The notes beneath the pieces were generated by a model. It made no database searches, had not been told where the DNA came from, and worked only from the letters and a program-made list of their open reading frames with translations. From Macrostomum lignano (Eukaryota), in contig NIVC01002934.1 in the NCBI GenBank assembly GCA_002269645.1, positions 1 through 64,000 of the forward strand: a stretch of DNA of 64,000 bases, read 5' to 3'. The position numbers were made by a program, and so were the translations under genes. Below are positions 15,360 to 30,232 of the stretch, in pieces (the stretch's first letter is position 1; each line of letters begins with the position of its first letter).

Positions 15360-15799
15360 CTAGCCTACACTGAGCATAAAAGTTGGCCGCTCCATCTCAC
15401 TCCGAAGTTCCCAGCGCCCACCAACCACCTCAACCCGACTCAGCCCAGTTAATTGACACGAGCGACATCAAAAATCCGTTTCTGTGAGATTTTCTCGATC
15501 TTCAAAAAACTCAGTAGCCATCATTACGGTCTTTGCTAAACCTATTACTCAGTTTGTGGAATCGAGATGGTAGCTGTTTGCACCTGGGTAGGGAGCCCAG
15601 TCCTAGCTCAAGCAACTTTTGAACCGCAAATCCCACCCCAATCACACAGAATTGGCCATTGTTTCTCACATCTACTGTAGGCGAGGTGTGATCAGACTAA
15701 CTCTTGGTGACCAACACTTTGTTAATTGAGCATGGGGGCTATTGACTGAACTCACGAATGTGTGACAGGTAATTTGGGATTTGTGTCGGTAAGGAAGAG

Positions 15800-16050
15800 A
15801 GGGAGAGACGGAGAGGGAGATACAGAGAGGGAGAGATGCAGGGAGATGAGGGATGGAGAGGGAGAGAAGGAGAGGGAGAGAAGCAGAGAGGGAGAGAGGG
15901 AGAGGGGGAGACAGGGAGAGAGGGAGAGATGGAGAGAGGGAGAGAAGAAGAGGGGGAGAGAGAGAGAGAGGGAGAGATGCAGAGATGGAGAGAGGACGGA
16001 GAGAGGAGAGAGGGAGAGAGGAGAGATGGAGAGAGGGAGAGATGGAGAAT
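15800..16050. repeat. GA-rich low-complexity tract
   Basis: Direct reading. Confidence 0.85.
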
Positions 16051-16667
16051 AGAGCGAGGTCAAAATAAGTGAACTGGGAAGTCGATAGGCCAGACACGCA
16101 ATCTCCGTGCAAAAGCAACATCACAAGCCGACAAAGAAGCAATTAGCCAACAGAAAATGATAGCGAATGCTTAGAAACCGTTGGTGCGTGGAGTCAAACG
16201 TTTAGAGGGGGGCATTAATGATTTCAAATAAAAGCGGAGCATAAAAGCCCAGAGACACAGCGAGACTGCCCGACAGGTTGCTCGGCTCAGAGCTGAATTG
16301 GTTCGTCTTTTTATTGCTTTTGTTTCAAACGGCAGTCAGTCAGATTTCTTAGCTTAAATCGGTGCCCTACACCTGGGCCTCACGCGATGCTTTTAAAAAA
16401 TGACGAAACAATTCGAATTTCTCTGCATTCTATTCAGGAAATCTACGAACGCAACTGCGTCGTTTTTTATGTGCGTGAAAGCCCGAAGGTGCAAAGTGAT
16501 CTGTGTGGGTCTGCTTCTGAATCTCCTGGTGCTTCACTTTTACAGTGAAATTTTACACAACTTGAATTGGCAGTCACCAACTGCTGGGAGAGATGAGGGA
16601 GACGGACAGGCGATGCTGATGCTGCTGAGGAAGCTGGAAAAGTGCAGCTTACGATGGATCCTCATGA

Positions 16668-17070
<403 letters not shown>

Positions 17071-17751
17071 GTACGGTAGATGGTGCAGCAAAGTCGCTCT
17101 TAGAAGCAGCAGGGCTCTGCCAGAGCTCTGGGACTCCGCCAGAAGCGGAAGAGAATCATTGAGAGGTGGGGGTGCTCAATAAAAAATGAGAGGAATTGAG
17201 GGAGGCTGTGAGGATCGAAACACGGACAAACTGGTGTGCACTGAAGAGGCATCCAGGCTGAAGCAGCCACTTTATAATCAGGTGCGGCAGAGCGGCTCCG
17301 ACCTGTCAGTCAAGCAGCCCCCAACTGTCACCGGCCGTCGCTTCATTCGCATTCGACCGCAGGATTCAGAAGTCCCAGCAAAAAAACAGTTTAAAAATAC
17401 ATTGGCGTGGCCCAGACTCCCACTCTTCATCAAGAGGTGTTGTCTCTCACGGCGCGAGAGCCATTGCACTCAGTAGGGCATTAGAAATGATGATGAATTG
17501 AAAATGAAAAAAAACTTTTCGCATTCTGGGGGATTTCAGAGATGGGAAAGAGAAGCAGAGAGAGAGAGAGAGAGATGGTGATGCGTGAGAACTGGCCTCA
17601 TTGGTGGACAACTGGGTCCAATAACTAGCTGTATTAAGTTCGTGTCAGGCGTTCTGGGACTCACATTGCTAAAGATGGTAGAGATTAAGTTGATAGTGAT
17701 ATATGGGGTGCCGTGCAGCCCAAACTTTATGGGGACCTTTTTAATGCTTTC

Positions 17752-18555
17752 ACCTTGGCGCTAAAATGTCCACTTTGAAGCTTCAATGTCCACTCTGGCG
17801 CTTCAATGTCCACTCTGGCGCTTCAATGTCCACTCTGGCGCTAAAATGTCCACTTTGGAGCTTCAATGTCCACTCTAACGCTAAAATGTTCACTTTGGCG
17901 CTTTAATGTCCACTTTGGAGCTTCAATGTCCACTTTGGAGCTTCATTGTCCACTTTGGAGCTTCAATGTCCACTGTGGCGCTTCAATCTCCACTTTGGCG
18001 CTTTAATGTCCACTTTGGCGCTTCAATGTCCACTTTGGAGCTTCAATGTTCACTTTGGAGCTTCATTGTCCACTTTGGAGCTTCAATGTCCACTCTGGCG
18101 CTTCAATGTCCACTTTGGCGCTAAAATGTCCACTTTGGAGCTTCAATGTCCACTCTGGCGCTAAATTGTCCACTTTGGCGCTTCAATATCCACTTCGGCG
18201 CTAAAATGTCCTTTTTGGCGCTTCAATGTCCCCTTTGGAGCTTCAATGTCCACTCTGGCGCTAAAATGTCCACTTTGGCGCTTCAATGTCCACTCTGGCG
18301 CTAAAATGTCCTTTTTGGCGCTTCAATGTCCACTTTGGAGCTTCAATGTCCACGCTGGCGCTAAGATGTCCACTTTGGCGCTTCAATGTCCACTTTGGCG
18401 CTGAATGTTCACTTTGGAGCTTCAATGTCCACTTTGGCGCTTCAATGTCCACTCTGGCGCTAAAATGTCCACTCTGGCGCTTCAATGTCCACTTTGGAGC
18501 TTCAATGTCCACTCGGCGCTAAAATGTCCTCTTTGGAGCTTTAATGTCCACTTTT
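17752..18555. repeat. 20-bp minisatellite (GTCCACTTTGGCGCTTCAAT)
   Basis: About 40 copies; about a dozen contain TTTGGCGC. Confidence 0.95.
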
Positions 18556-19073
18556 ATATTTATCAATCAAACTCATTTAAAGCAACAGTGAGCTGGCCAT
18601 CTTGCAGACACACAAGTAGAGAGTATCGGCGAGTTAGTAGCTAGCAACGAAGACACAAATAACAATTACAGAATTTTCGCATTCCTTTGTTATTATTACT
18701 ATTTTTATGCCTGGTATCAATACTAAGACTGAGTCATTTTAACAAGCAGCAATTCCTTCCGATAAAAGACCAGCCATTCTCCTCAGTGATTCGTTGCTGT
18801 CGGCAACAAACGCCATTCCGTAAAATTTCTCTTCCATTGTTTTGACTCAACCTGCCTGCCTACTCAACCCGAGGGCCAGGGGCTGCCACCCACTGTTTCA
18901 TTGCGCTACCCTGGCGACTGCTAATCATTGTTATTATAGCTTCAGGCCCCAGTCGCTCCGAGACCGCTGCTTGATTTAAAACCCTTAAATTAAGACGCCT
19001 CGAATTCTGCGTGAGCGAGCAAAACTGCCGGAGGGGCCAGCGTTGCGCTTTGATCTCTCGAATGCAGCCTGCA

Positions 19074-19930
<857 letters not shown>

Positions 19931-21029
19931 CGCTTGTGGTTTCATACTGCTGTTCACATTTTTCTTCTGTGTTTCTATACCCCTTTACTATATTTTCTAC
20001 TTATATCTTTGTCTGTTGCTTTTTCCATCTCCAATCTTCTCTCTCCTCACTCCCCTCTCCATTCTTCCCTCTACTCTCTCCTCTCCCCTCTCTACTCTCC
20101 TCTCTCCCCTCTTGCCTCCTTTCTCCCCTCTTGCCTCCTTTCTCCCCTCTTGCCTCCTTTCTCCCCTCTTCTCTCTATTCTTCCAATGTTCCTTTCCCTC
20201 TCCCCTGTCCCCTCGCTCCTCCCCTCTCTCCTCTCTTTTCTCTTCTTCTCTTTCTTTTCCTTAGAGAAGGCAATAAAATTTTATCAGCGATTGATTCAGA
20301 AAAATTTCCTCAGTCAGCATCGATTACTAATCACACCTCATCCCCCTCCTTGGGAGCCAGTTCTCCCAGCACTCATTACTCACACAGTGTTCCCATGTAT
20401 CTCTGGGTACAAAGGCTGCTCAGCAGATGCAGCTGTTCCTGATGCCCTGCTTTTTCAAACTCGTGACTGAGCATCAAAGCGTTTAAGTATCAATGCTTCT
20501 CTGTAGTGTTTCTCCACTAGAAGATTGTTGTATCAAATTTGAGCAGAAATATAGAGAGAAGGAAGAAAGGAGTTATGAAGGCAGCAAAAGCAGAAGGCAG
20601 AAGCGCACGAGTAGCCGCTCTGCTGCTTCTGCACGAGGCTCCCCCCGCTTCGCATCCTGCCCGATGCGTGACGCCTCTGCCTGCTCGACCCTGCGCTTTT
20701 TTCCGTGATTCCCCGGATGAAGCCGGGAGAGGAATGCTGAGCAGTTATAAGTGGCCGCCGTTATCCTTTGCTGTTGATGTTGCGATGCTCAGCTGCCGCG
20801 CTAATCCTCGGCGCAAGAGGTGAGCAGGACTCAAATAAAGGCATAACTGATACCTCTTTGAGGTGTAGTTTTTTTGAGGTTAGCGTGCGAAGTTGGATCT
20901 CCCTGCCTAATCCCTCTGTGATCTGCGCGCTTCTTTTTGCGATGCTGATTGAAATTTTCTTAATTGTATCCAAATTTCACCTCCTCAGTTTTGCTGTCCC
21001 CGTTTTTGTCTTCATCAACTCGGATGCTG

Positions 21030-22215
21030 TGTCTTCAACTAGAGAATGTGTCTTGTTGAACTACTGAAGAATGTGTCTCAAACTAGAGAATGTGTCTCAA
21101 ACTAGAGAATGTGTCTCAAACTAGAGAATGTGTCTTGTTGAACTACTGAAGAATGTGTCTCAAACTAGAGAATGTGTCTCAAACTAGAGAATGTGTCTCA
21201 AACTAGAGAATGTGTCTTGTTGAACTACTGAAGAATGTGTCTCAAACTAGAGAATGTGTCTCAAACTAGAGAATGTGTCTTGTTGAACTACTGAAGAATG
21301 TGTCTCAAACTAGAGAATGTGTCTTGTTGAACTACTGAAGAATGTGTCTCAAACTAGAGAATGTGTCTCAAACTAGAGAATGTGTCTCAAACTAGAGAAT
21401 GTGTCTCAAACTAGAGAATGTGTCTTGTTGAACTACTGAAGAATGTGTCTCAAGCTAGAGAATGTGTCTCAAACTAGAGAATGTGTCTTGTTGAACTACT
21501 GAAGAATGTGTCTCAAACTAGAGAATGTGTCTCAAACTAGAGAATGTGTCCCAAACTAGAGAATGTGTCTCAAACTAGAGAATGTGTCTTGTTGAACTAC
21601 TGAAGAATGTGTCTCAAACTAGAGAATGTGTCTCAAACTAGAGAATGTGTCTTGTTGAACTACTGAAGAATGTGTCTCAAACTAGAGAATGTGTCTCAAA
21701 CTAGAGAATGTGTCTTGTTGAACTACTGAAGAATGTGTCTCAAACTAGAGAATGTGTCTCAAACTAGAGAATGTGTCTCAAACTAGAGAATGTGTCTTGT
21801 TGAACTACTGAAGAATGTGTCTCAAACTAGAGAATGTGTCTCAAACTAGAGAATGTGTCTCAAACTAGAGAAGAATGTGTCTCAAACTAGAGAAGAATGT
21901 GTCTCAAACTAGAGAAGAATGTGTCTCAAACTAGAGAAGAATGTGTCTCAAACTAGAGAAGAATGTGTCTCAAACTAGAGAAGAATGTGTCTCAAACTAG
22001 AGAAGAATGTGTCTCAAACTAGAGAAGAATGTGTCTCAAACCAGAGAAGAGTGTGTCTCAAACTAGAGAAGAATGTGTCTCAAACTAGAGAAGAATGTGT
22101 CTCAAACCAGAGAAGAGTGTGTCTCAAACTAGAGAAGAATGTGTCTCAAACTAGAGAAGAATGTGTCTCAAACCAGAGAAGAATGTGTCTCAAACTAGAG
22201 AAGAATGTGTCTCAA
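21030..22215. repeat. Composite 19/25/22-bp minisatellite (GAATGTGTCTCAAACTAGA family)
   Basis: A unit GAATGTGTCTCAAACTAGA and B unit GAATGTGTCTTGTTGAACTACTGAA; a 22-bp variant replaces them after ~21870. Confidence 0.95.
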
Positions 22216-23109
22216 ACAACCCAAATAGAACATTTTTGAATCATGAACCAGCGGTTCTATTTAGACCCGGAGCAGGATTCAGCTATGAGAACAGTTTATC
22301 TCTTCCTACTCAAAAATAAGCATGTCCAAAAACTATGTTCGTATCTTCACCCTCTTAATCCTCGAGTTTGCTAGGAGAGTTGCTATGCAAATTATTATAG
22401 CACTTTTCGAACACTTGTGCGGGGCTTAAATTCATAGATAAATTTCAAATTACATAATTTTTAGCATTAATTTCATTCAAATAGGCGCCACTCCAACTCG
22501 AATTGAATCGCCTCGAGGCCAAAGTTTTTTAGTTGCTACGGGCGCGCAAGAGTGAAATGATCATCAATTGATCTCAATTCGGCCTGATGGACAAGCAGAG
22601 ATTGGGATGGGGTGCTGGGAGAATCTTGCCTGTAGGCTGTTTTATGGTCAGCCGCTCTTCCCTGCCGGGTTTTGGTCATTTTCCTTTGAACACAGCGTAG
22701 CCGTTTAACTATCGTATTTCCCATTTCTAACCCAAACCTCTATCCCCCGTTAAAGTCTCTTTGTGGGACCATGCAGATTGGAACCTTCACTCTCTGCAAG
22801 AGGCTGTTCAGTGTCCAGTCTAGGGGGGGTGATTGCGTAATCCATTTGCACCGCTCTAAAGCGATGGAAGCCATGTGCAAATTTACATTACCTACTAACC
22901 AGTGCTGCAAAGGGCTATATTTGTATTTGGTGTGTGCGCATCTGAATTGTATTGATGTGGCACCTGTCCATCAGCTCCTGTGTAGCGTTTACGGTGATGA
23001 TGAATGCTGAATAACGTTGAAAAAAGGAGCAAAAGGTTTTTTAGAGACTTTTCAACGACGCCTAAACAGACATTGGGCTCTCTACGATTTACACAGGGTA
23101 TTAATTGAT

Positions 23110-23610
23110 CAATTAGGTTGAGGCTCTCAACGTTTATTTTTTGTTCTAGAAGTTTCGTATAAGTGTACTAATTATTTTAGGGTTCCTAATAAAGATATTG
23201 AGGCTCTCAATGTTCATATTCTGTATTGGAAGCTCTTAAAAGTGTACTAAATATTTTTAGGGCTCCAAAATTAAAAATCGAGGCTTTCAACGTTTTTTGA
23301 ACTTCTAGATAAGTTGGGCCCTCGTATCTTTAACTACATGCATCTGGTCGAGGCTCTTAACGTTTATAGACTTATGCTCGAAGCTGAATGAGGCTCTCAC
23401 GTTCATAATGACATAATTACAGGCTGTTTTAGAATCTCAGCAATTGCTTATTTAGGGGCTATTGATAAAATCGAGGCTCTCAACGTTTTTTAAACCATAA
23501 GCTAGATAAGGGCTCTCAATAACTTTCGCGTATCTTTAACTACAAGTACACGTATCTGGTTGAGGCTCTTAACGTTATACTCTCGTAGCTGAATGGGGCT
23601 CTCAACGTAA
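23110..23610. repeat. Old degenerate tandem repeat with GAGGCTCTCAACGTT core
   Basis: About 9 irregularly spaced copies of the core just upstream of exon 3. Confidence 0.65.
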
Positions 23611-23648
23611 CCAACCCGTCAATAAAAGTAAAACCCTCGAACTTTCAG

Positions 23649-23829
23649 CTGCACGATTTTGATTCCGGCGCCGGCCTACCAGTGCTGGCCTCGGGTCCGG
23701 GCACGTCACGACTGGTCGTTGGTGGTCACCGCGGCGGCGGTGCAGGCGGCGAGGCCAGCGCCCAGTCGTCCGAGTCGGATAGCGGCCGGGGTACCTGCTT
23801 TATTGATGACGATCCGTTCCGGGAGCACG
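23649..23829 (+). CDS. Protocadherin exon 3/4 (cytoplasmic, contains SDSGRG)
   Basis: Acceptor ACTTTCAG|CTG, phase 0, matches exon 2; LHDFDSGAG...QSSESDSGRGTCFIDDDPFREH; phase-1 donor G|GTGAGC; GC-rich codons in AT-rich surroundings. Confidence 0.75.
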
Positions 23830-23974
23830 GTGAGCTGAGTGTACTTTTGTTTGTGTGTTAATAGGTCACGTTCACGCCTTTCTGGTCGATGTGCTGAAAG
23901 TTTCATGGGGAAAATTGCTAAGATGCCCAGGGTCACAGGTTGGGAATATCTGATATGTCAAGGCTCACGGGGGT

Positions 23975-24390
23975 GGGGAGCTGAGATGCCAAGGCTCAGG
24001 GGGAATAGCTGGGATGCCAAGGTTTAGGGGGAATTGCTGAGATTCTAAGGCTCAGGGGAATTGCTGAGATTCTAAGGTTCAGGGGGAATTGCTGAGATGC
24101 CAAGGCCCAGGGGAAATTTCTGAGATGCCAAGGCTCAGGGGGAATTTCTGAGATGCCAAGGCTCAGGGGGAATTGCTGAGATGCCAAGGCTCAGGGGTAA
24201 TTGCTGAGATACCAAGGCTCGGGGGGAACTGCTGAGATACCAAGGCTCAGGGGGAACTGCTGAGATGCCAAGGCTCAGGGGGAACTGCTGAGATGCCAAG
24301 GCTCAGGGGGAATTGCTGAGATGCCAAGGCTCAGGGGGAACTGCTGAGATGCCAAGGCTCAGGGGGAACTGCTGAGATGCCAAGGCTCCA
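23975..24390. repeat. 28-bp minisatellite (CTGAGATGCCAAGGCTCAGGGGGAATTG)
   Basis: About 15 copies; CTGAG/CTCAG inverted pair in each unit. Confidence 0.93.
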
Positions 24391-25779
24391 TATAAAAACT
24401 GATAACTGATAATGAAATCTTCTATTAGGTCTAAATATTATTAGAAATCACTCGTAATGCTTTTGCTACATCTTCTTGTCATAAGAATCAACACGTACTG
24501 CGTGCCCCCCCCCCCAATATCCGCATGAAAACATTGCGCAGATGCTATCCAGACGTGTCTTTAAGTACTTGCTCCCTGGCTGACCGAGTATAAACCGATC
24601 GTTTTAATTGAAACAGCAACCCAGATGTTTTATGATCCCCCCTTAGAAACTGTTGGATCTGCAGTTTTATCTCTTTCAAAGAGTTCCGGTTCGCGTCCCC
24701 TGCGCCGCTGGGACAAGTCAACCAGTTTAGGGGGGGGGGTTCTTGTTAGGCCCTTTGACTTGGCCAGAGGCAGATAAAGTTACAGGCAAAATGCTTCTGG
24801 TTTTGCTCGCCTGGCTGTCACTTTTCCTCTTGGCTTTGGCAATGACAGATCCCCCATTCGCAAGTGCTGGCCGCGATCTGGGATGTGGATTTAAGGTTCG
24901 CGGGGGCCTGCTGCTAATGGGGAATATTGGTGACACAGTGCTGAACTGGGATCGGCCTTGTTAGACAGACTTGTGCAACACTGCGCGGAGGATCAACCCC
25001 AGCCTCCGCCTCGACATCTTCCTCCGCATTGTTTGCCCACCTGTCCGAGCTCTTAAATTGGACGGACGAAAAGGGGAATAGGATTTTTCTGGGTATTTTT
25101 TTACTTGGCATAAGAGAGAGAGGCGCAACAACTTGTGAGGGGTCTAAACTTCCCTGTCTTGATGGGGAAGAGATGAGGAAGTGAGCATATCCCAACTCAG
25201 GGGGGGTGACGCCGATTAGGGAAGGGACTCGATCCCAGAGAGAGCGAGCAGGCCTCAGCTGGAAATTGGCATGAAACCTGAAACCCCCAATGCAGATATT
25301 GTGCGTGGGGAACCCGATCAGGATGATGATGGTGGGATGCTGGGAAATTTTTTCTCCCTATGACAAGAAAGATAAAGTTTCCGGATCCACTTGGGGATAA
25401 AAATGGGGAGAGAGAGAGCAAGGGAAGGTTGAGAGAGTCGCCAAACAGAGATAACAACCCGGTTTTAAATGGCTTAATTGTACCTGCAGAGAGTCTGACA
25501 GGCATTCAAACAAATCTTTTTGTTTGCAATGTTGAGAGAGCGGCGAGTGGATGGGATTGAATTTCATGGCCAAAAATGGATAACTAAAAAATTATAATAA
25601 AAGTGATTTGAAGTGAATTCACTGACTCATCTGGCAGAGTAGTGAGTTGCATACTTACAGACTTTCCAAATCTTCCTAGCAGGAATCTACTTCTAAAATC
25701 AATCCTTTTAAAACCTAGACTATCTAAAATACGTTTATCTGGATTATATCAATTATCTACCCTAGAATCTACCGTACCC

Positions 25780-27760
25780 TAGAAATTCCCCTAGAATCTA
25801 TCCTAGAATGCAAACTAGCATCAACCTTAAAACCTACAATAAAACTCACCTTAAAATTTACCCTGGAATCGTCCTAGAATCTACCCCAGAATCGTCCCTA
25901 GAATCTACCCTAGAATATACTCTAGAATCTACTCAAGAGTCTTCCCTAGAATCTACCCTAGAATCTACCCTAGAATCTACTCAAGAGTCTTCCCTAGAAT
26001 CTACCCTAGAATCTACCCTAGAATCTACTCAAGAGTCTTCCCTAGAATCTACCCTAGAATCTACCTAGAATCTACCTTAGAGTCTACCATAGAATCTACC
26101 CTAGAATCTACCCTAGAATCTACCCTAGAATCTACCCTAGAATCTACACTAGAGTCTACCCTAGAATCTACCCTAGAATCTACCCTAGAATCTACCCTAG
26201 AATCTACCCTAGAATCTACCCTAGAATCTACACTAGAGTCTACCCTAGAATCTACCCTAGAATCTACCCTAGAATCTACTCAAGAGTCTTCCCTAGAATC
26301 TACCCTAGAATCTACCCCAGAATCGTCCCTAGAATCTACCCTAGAATATACTCTAGAATCTACTCAAGAGTCTTCCCTAGAATCTACCCTAGAATCTACC
26401 CTAGAATCTACTCAAGAGTCTTCCCTAGAATCTACCCTAGAATCTACCCTAGAATCTACTCAAGAGTCTTCCCTAGAATCTACCCTAGAATCTACCTAGA
26501 ATCTACCTTAGAGTCTACCATAGAATCTACCCTAGAATCTACCCTAGAATCTACCCTAGAATCTACCCTAGAATCTACACTAGAGTCTACCCTAGAATCT
26601 ACCCTAGAATCTACCCTAGAATCTACCCTAGAATCTACTCAAGAGTCTTCCCTAGAATCTACCCTAGAATCTACCCCAGAATCGTCCCTAGAATCTACCC
26701 TAGAATATACTCTAGAATCTACTCAAGAGTCTTCCCTAGAATCTACCCTAGAATCTACCCTAGAATCTACTCAAGAGTCTTCCCTAGAATCTACCCTAGA
26801 ATCTACCCTAGAATCTACTCAAGAGTCTTCCCTAGAATCTACCCTAGAATCTACCTAGAATCTACCTTAGAGTCTACCATAGAATCTACCCTAGAATCTA
26901 CCCTAGAATCTACCCTAGAATCTACCCTAGAATCTACACTAGAGTCTACCCTAGAATCTACCCTAGAATCTACCCTAGAATCTACCCTAGAATCTACCCT
27001 AGAATCTACACTAGAGTCTACCCTAGAATCTACCCTAGAATCTACCCTAGAATCTACCCTAGAATCTACCCTAGAATCTACCCTAGAATCTACACTAGAG
27101 TCTACCCTAGAATCTACCCTAGAATCTACCCTAGAATCTACTCAAGAGTCTTCCCTAGAATCTACCCTAGAATCTACCCTAGAATCTACTCAAGAGTCTT
27201 CCCTAGAATCTACCCAGAATCTACCCTAGAATCTACTCAAGAGTCTTCCCTAGAATCTACCCTAGAATCTACCTAGAATCTACCTTAGAGTCTACCATAG
27301 AATCTACCCTAGAATCTACCCTAGAATCTACCCTAGAATCTACACTAGAGTCTACCCTAGAATCTACCCTAGAATCTACCCTAGAATCTACCCTAGAATC
27401 TACCCTAGAATCTACACTAGAGTCTACCCTAGAATCTACCCTAGAATCTACCCTAGAATCTACCCTAGAATCTACCCTAGAATCTACCCTAGAATCTACA
27501 CTAGAGTCTACCCTAGAATCTACCCTAGAATCTACCCCAGAATCTACCCTAGAGTCTACCCTAGAGTCTACCCTAGAGTCTACCCTAGAGTCTACCCTAG
27601 AATCTACCTAGAATCTACCCTAGAATCTACCCTAGAATCTACTCTAGAATCTACACTAGAATCTACCCTAGAATGTACCTAGAATCTACCCTGGAATCTA
27701 CTTTAGAATATACTCTAGAATCTACCCTATAACATACCTAGAATCTACCCTAGAATCTAC
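25780..27760. repeat. 12-bp minisatellite (CTAGAATCTACC) with higher-order duplications
   Basis: About 160 units; variant block CCCCAGAATCGTCCC...TATACTC recurs at ~25884, ~26316 and ~26675. Confidence 0.96.
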
Positions 27761-28329
27761 CTATAAAATAACTCACAGTAACTTAAGAATTTCTCATACT
27801 CGTAAAAAGAGCACTTGACACAACAAAACCCCGACTACCTATAAACGTGCTTCGAGATAGTTTTATGCCTTCATCAATCAGCCCCATCAAGTTCGGTTGA
27901 CCGCAAGCTCCATGGACACTTCAGCACTCCTCTAAACCCCCCCCTGGCAACCGCAGTCAGAATCGGTTTGTTCAAAGCAATTCAGACCCACTTAAGCCAG
28001 AGACGATGCAGGCTCCGGCGATGCGCATCCAGAATGGAATTCGCCGTAATTATCCCACAAAAAATTATCCCAGTGGGAGATGAATTGATCCCTCATTTAT
28101 CCGGGATTTGACAGGTGGTAGGTGGATGGGCCAGCTACATCCTTTGGTTGATGGGGGATGTCTGAATTATCGTTTGGCTCAGTCAGTATTAGGGGATGAT
28201 TTTATCTTTTAGTCTCATCCTTCTCACCCTCTTGACCCCGCAAGCAGCTTCTTGTTGGTCAGGTGCTAACTAACGGTGCCCGCGTTGGTTCGGCATGCAT
28301 CTTTGATCTCCTGTCTCTTACCTGTCACT

Positions 28330-28630
28330 CTCCTTCTCCCTTTCACTCTCTGCGATTCCCCTCTCCATTTCTTCTGACTCTACCTCTCCCTCTCCCTTCC
28401 TCTTTCACTCTACCTCTCCCTCTCCCTTCCTCTCTCACTCTACCTCTCCCTCTCCCTTCCTCTCTCGCTGTACACCTCCCTCTCCCTTCCTCTCTCACTC
28501 TACCTCTCCCTCTCCCTTCCTCTCTCACTCTACCTCTCCCTCTCCCTTCCTCTCTCACTCTACCTCTCCCTCTCCCTTCCTCTCTCACTCTACCTCTCCC
28601 TCTCCCTTCCTCTCTCACTCTACCTCTCCC
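28330..28630. repeat. 30-bp pyrimidine-rich minisatellite (TACCTCTCCCTCTCCCTTCCTCTCTCACTC)
   Basis: About 9 near-identical copies. Confidence 0.93.
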
Positions 28631-29236
28631 CTCGTAAAAGGCAGAGTGACTGTCTCATAAAATAGTTTGAACTCAGTCGGTCCCAACCTTCCCCATCTCA
28701 TTCTCCTTCTCCCCCTCTCTACTCAGGCCGCCAGCCAGTCATTATTTCTCGCCAAATTAGCACCAATCGACTTCCGACTGACCGCCCAGGACGCCTCCAG
28801 ATCCCATAATCCCCATTCTCCGCCTCTCAATTGCTTCGCGTCGCTTCATCGAACCGCAAACTAAGTGAGCAAGAAATGGGGCTAGAGGTGGTTGCGCGGG
28901 TTCGACTCCCCTCGGACTGCTAGTGGAGCAACCTGGGGACACGACACTGATAGAGGCCGGAGCGATTTATCAGCTGCCTCAGTACCGACAGCGGCTAGGC
29001 CAGAATTTCATTAATTTAGCCAACTGTTACGTAACTCACCATGGCTAAGTGCGAAGTTTCTGGTTTGGATAAAATAAGGAATTCGGTAGAGGCTTTTTGG
29101 TCCATCTGGTTGCAATAAAAATATTTGGCGGCAATACTCGTATATTGTAGTAATTCGTGTTGATGTGAATGCCTGCGAAAACTGCAGACTTGATAATGCC
29201 TGACTTGAAGTGTTTAATTATTATGCGAGTACTACT

Positions 29237-30232
29237 TGTCAGTGTCTGGTCAGTGTCTTGTCAGTGTCTTGTCAGTATCTAGTCAGTGTCTAGTCAGTGT
29301 CTAGTCAGTGTCTAGTCAGTGTCTAGTCAGTGTCTTGTCAGTGTCTGGTCAGTGTCTAGTCAGTGTCTTGTCAGTGTCTGGTCAGTGTCTTGTCAGTGTC
29401 TTGTCAGTGTCTAGTCAGTGTCTAGTCAGTGTCTAGTCAGTGTCTAGTCAGTGTCTAGTCAGTGTCTTGTCAGTGTCTTGTCAGTGTCTAGTCAGTGTCT
29501 AGTCAGTGTCTAGTCAGTGTCTAGTCAGTGTCTAGTCAGTGTCTAGTCAGTGTCTTGTCAGTGTCTTGTCAGTGTCTTGTCAGTGTCTAGTCAGTGTCTT
29601 GTCAGTGTCTTGTCAGTGTCTTGTCAGTGTCTTGTCAGTGTCTTGTCAGTGTCTTGTCAGTGTCTTGTCAGTGTCTGCTTATCAGTGTCTTGTCAGTGTC
29701 TTGTCAGTGTCTTGTCAGTGTCTGCTTATCAGTGTCTTGTCAGTGTCTTGTCAGTGTCTGCTTATCAGTGTCTGGTCAGTGCCATGTCAGTGTCGACTTG
29801 TCAGTGTCTACTTGTCAATGTCTACTTGTCAGTGTCTACTTGTCAGTATCTTGTCAGTGTCTTGTCAGTATCTACTTGTCAGTGTCTTGTCAGTGTCTAC
29901 TTGTCAATGTCTACTTGTCAGTGTCTACTTGTCAGTGTCTTGTCAGTGTCTTGTCAGTATCTACTTGTCAGTGTCTTGTCAGTGTCTTGTCAGTGTCTAC
30001 TTGTCAGTGTCTTGTCAGTATCTACTTGTCAGTTTCTTGTCAGTGTCTTGTCAGTGTCTACTTGTCAGTGTCTTGTCAGTATCTACTTGTTAGTGTCTTG
30101 TCAGTGTCTACTTGTCAGTGTCTTGTCAGTATCTACTTGTCAGTGTCTTGTCAGTGTCTACTTGTCAGTGTCTTGTCAGTGTCTTGTCAGTGTCTACTTG
30201 TCAGTGTCTTGTCAGTGTCTTGTCAGTGTCTT
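29237..30232. repeat. 11-bp minisatellite (GTCAGTGTCTT/A) with 15-bp variants
   Basis: Direct reading. Confidence 0.96.

Noticed and set aside
21030-22215. Regular repeats superficially like a CRISPR array (also 2.5, 24 and 46 kb)
   Set aside because: No unique spacers and no cas genes; spliceosomal introns show the DNA is eukaryotic.
24743-24964. Short ORF with signal-peptide-like MLLVLLAWLSLFLLALA in protocadherin intron 3
   Set aside because: Only 57 aa from the ATG, with no donor or homology recognised; compatible with chance.
28880-28925. GGGTTCGACTCCC T-arm/B-box-like word
   Set aside because: No acceptor stem, D-arm or A-box could be built; not a tRNA, at most a SINE trace.
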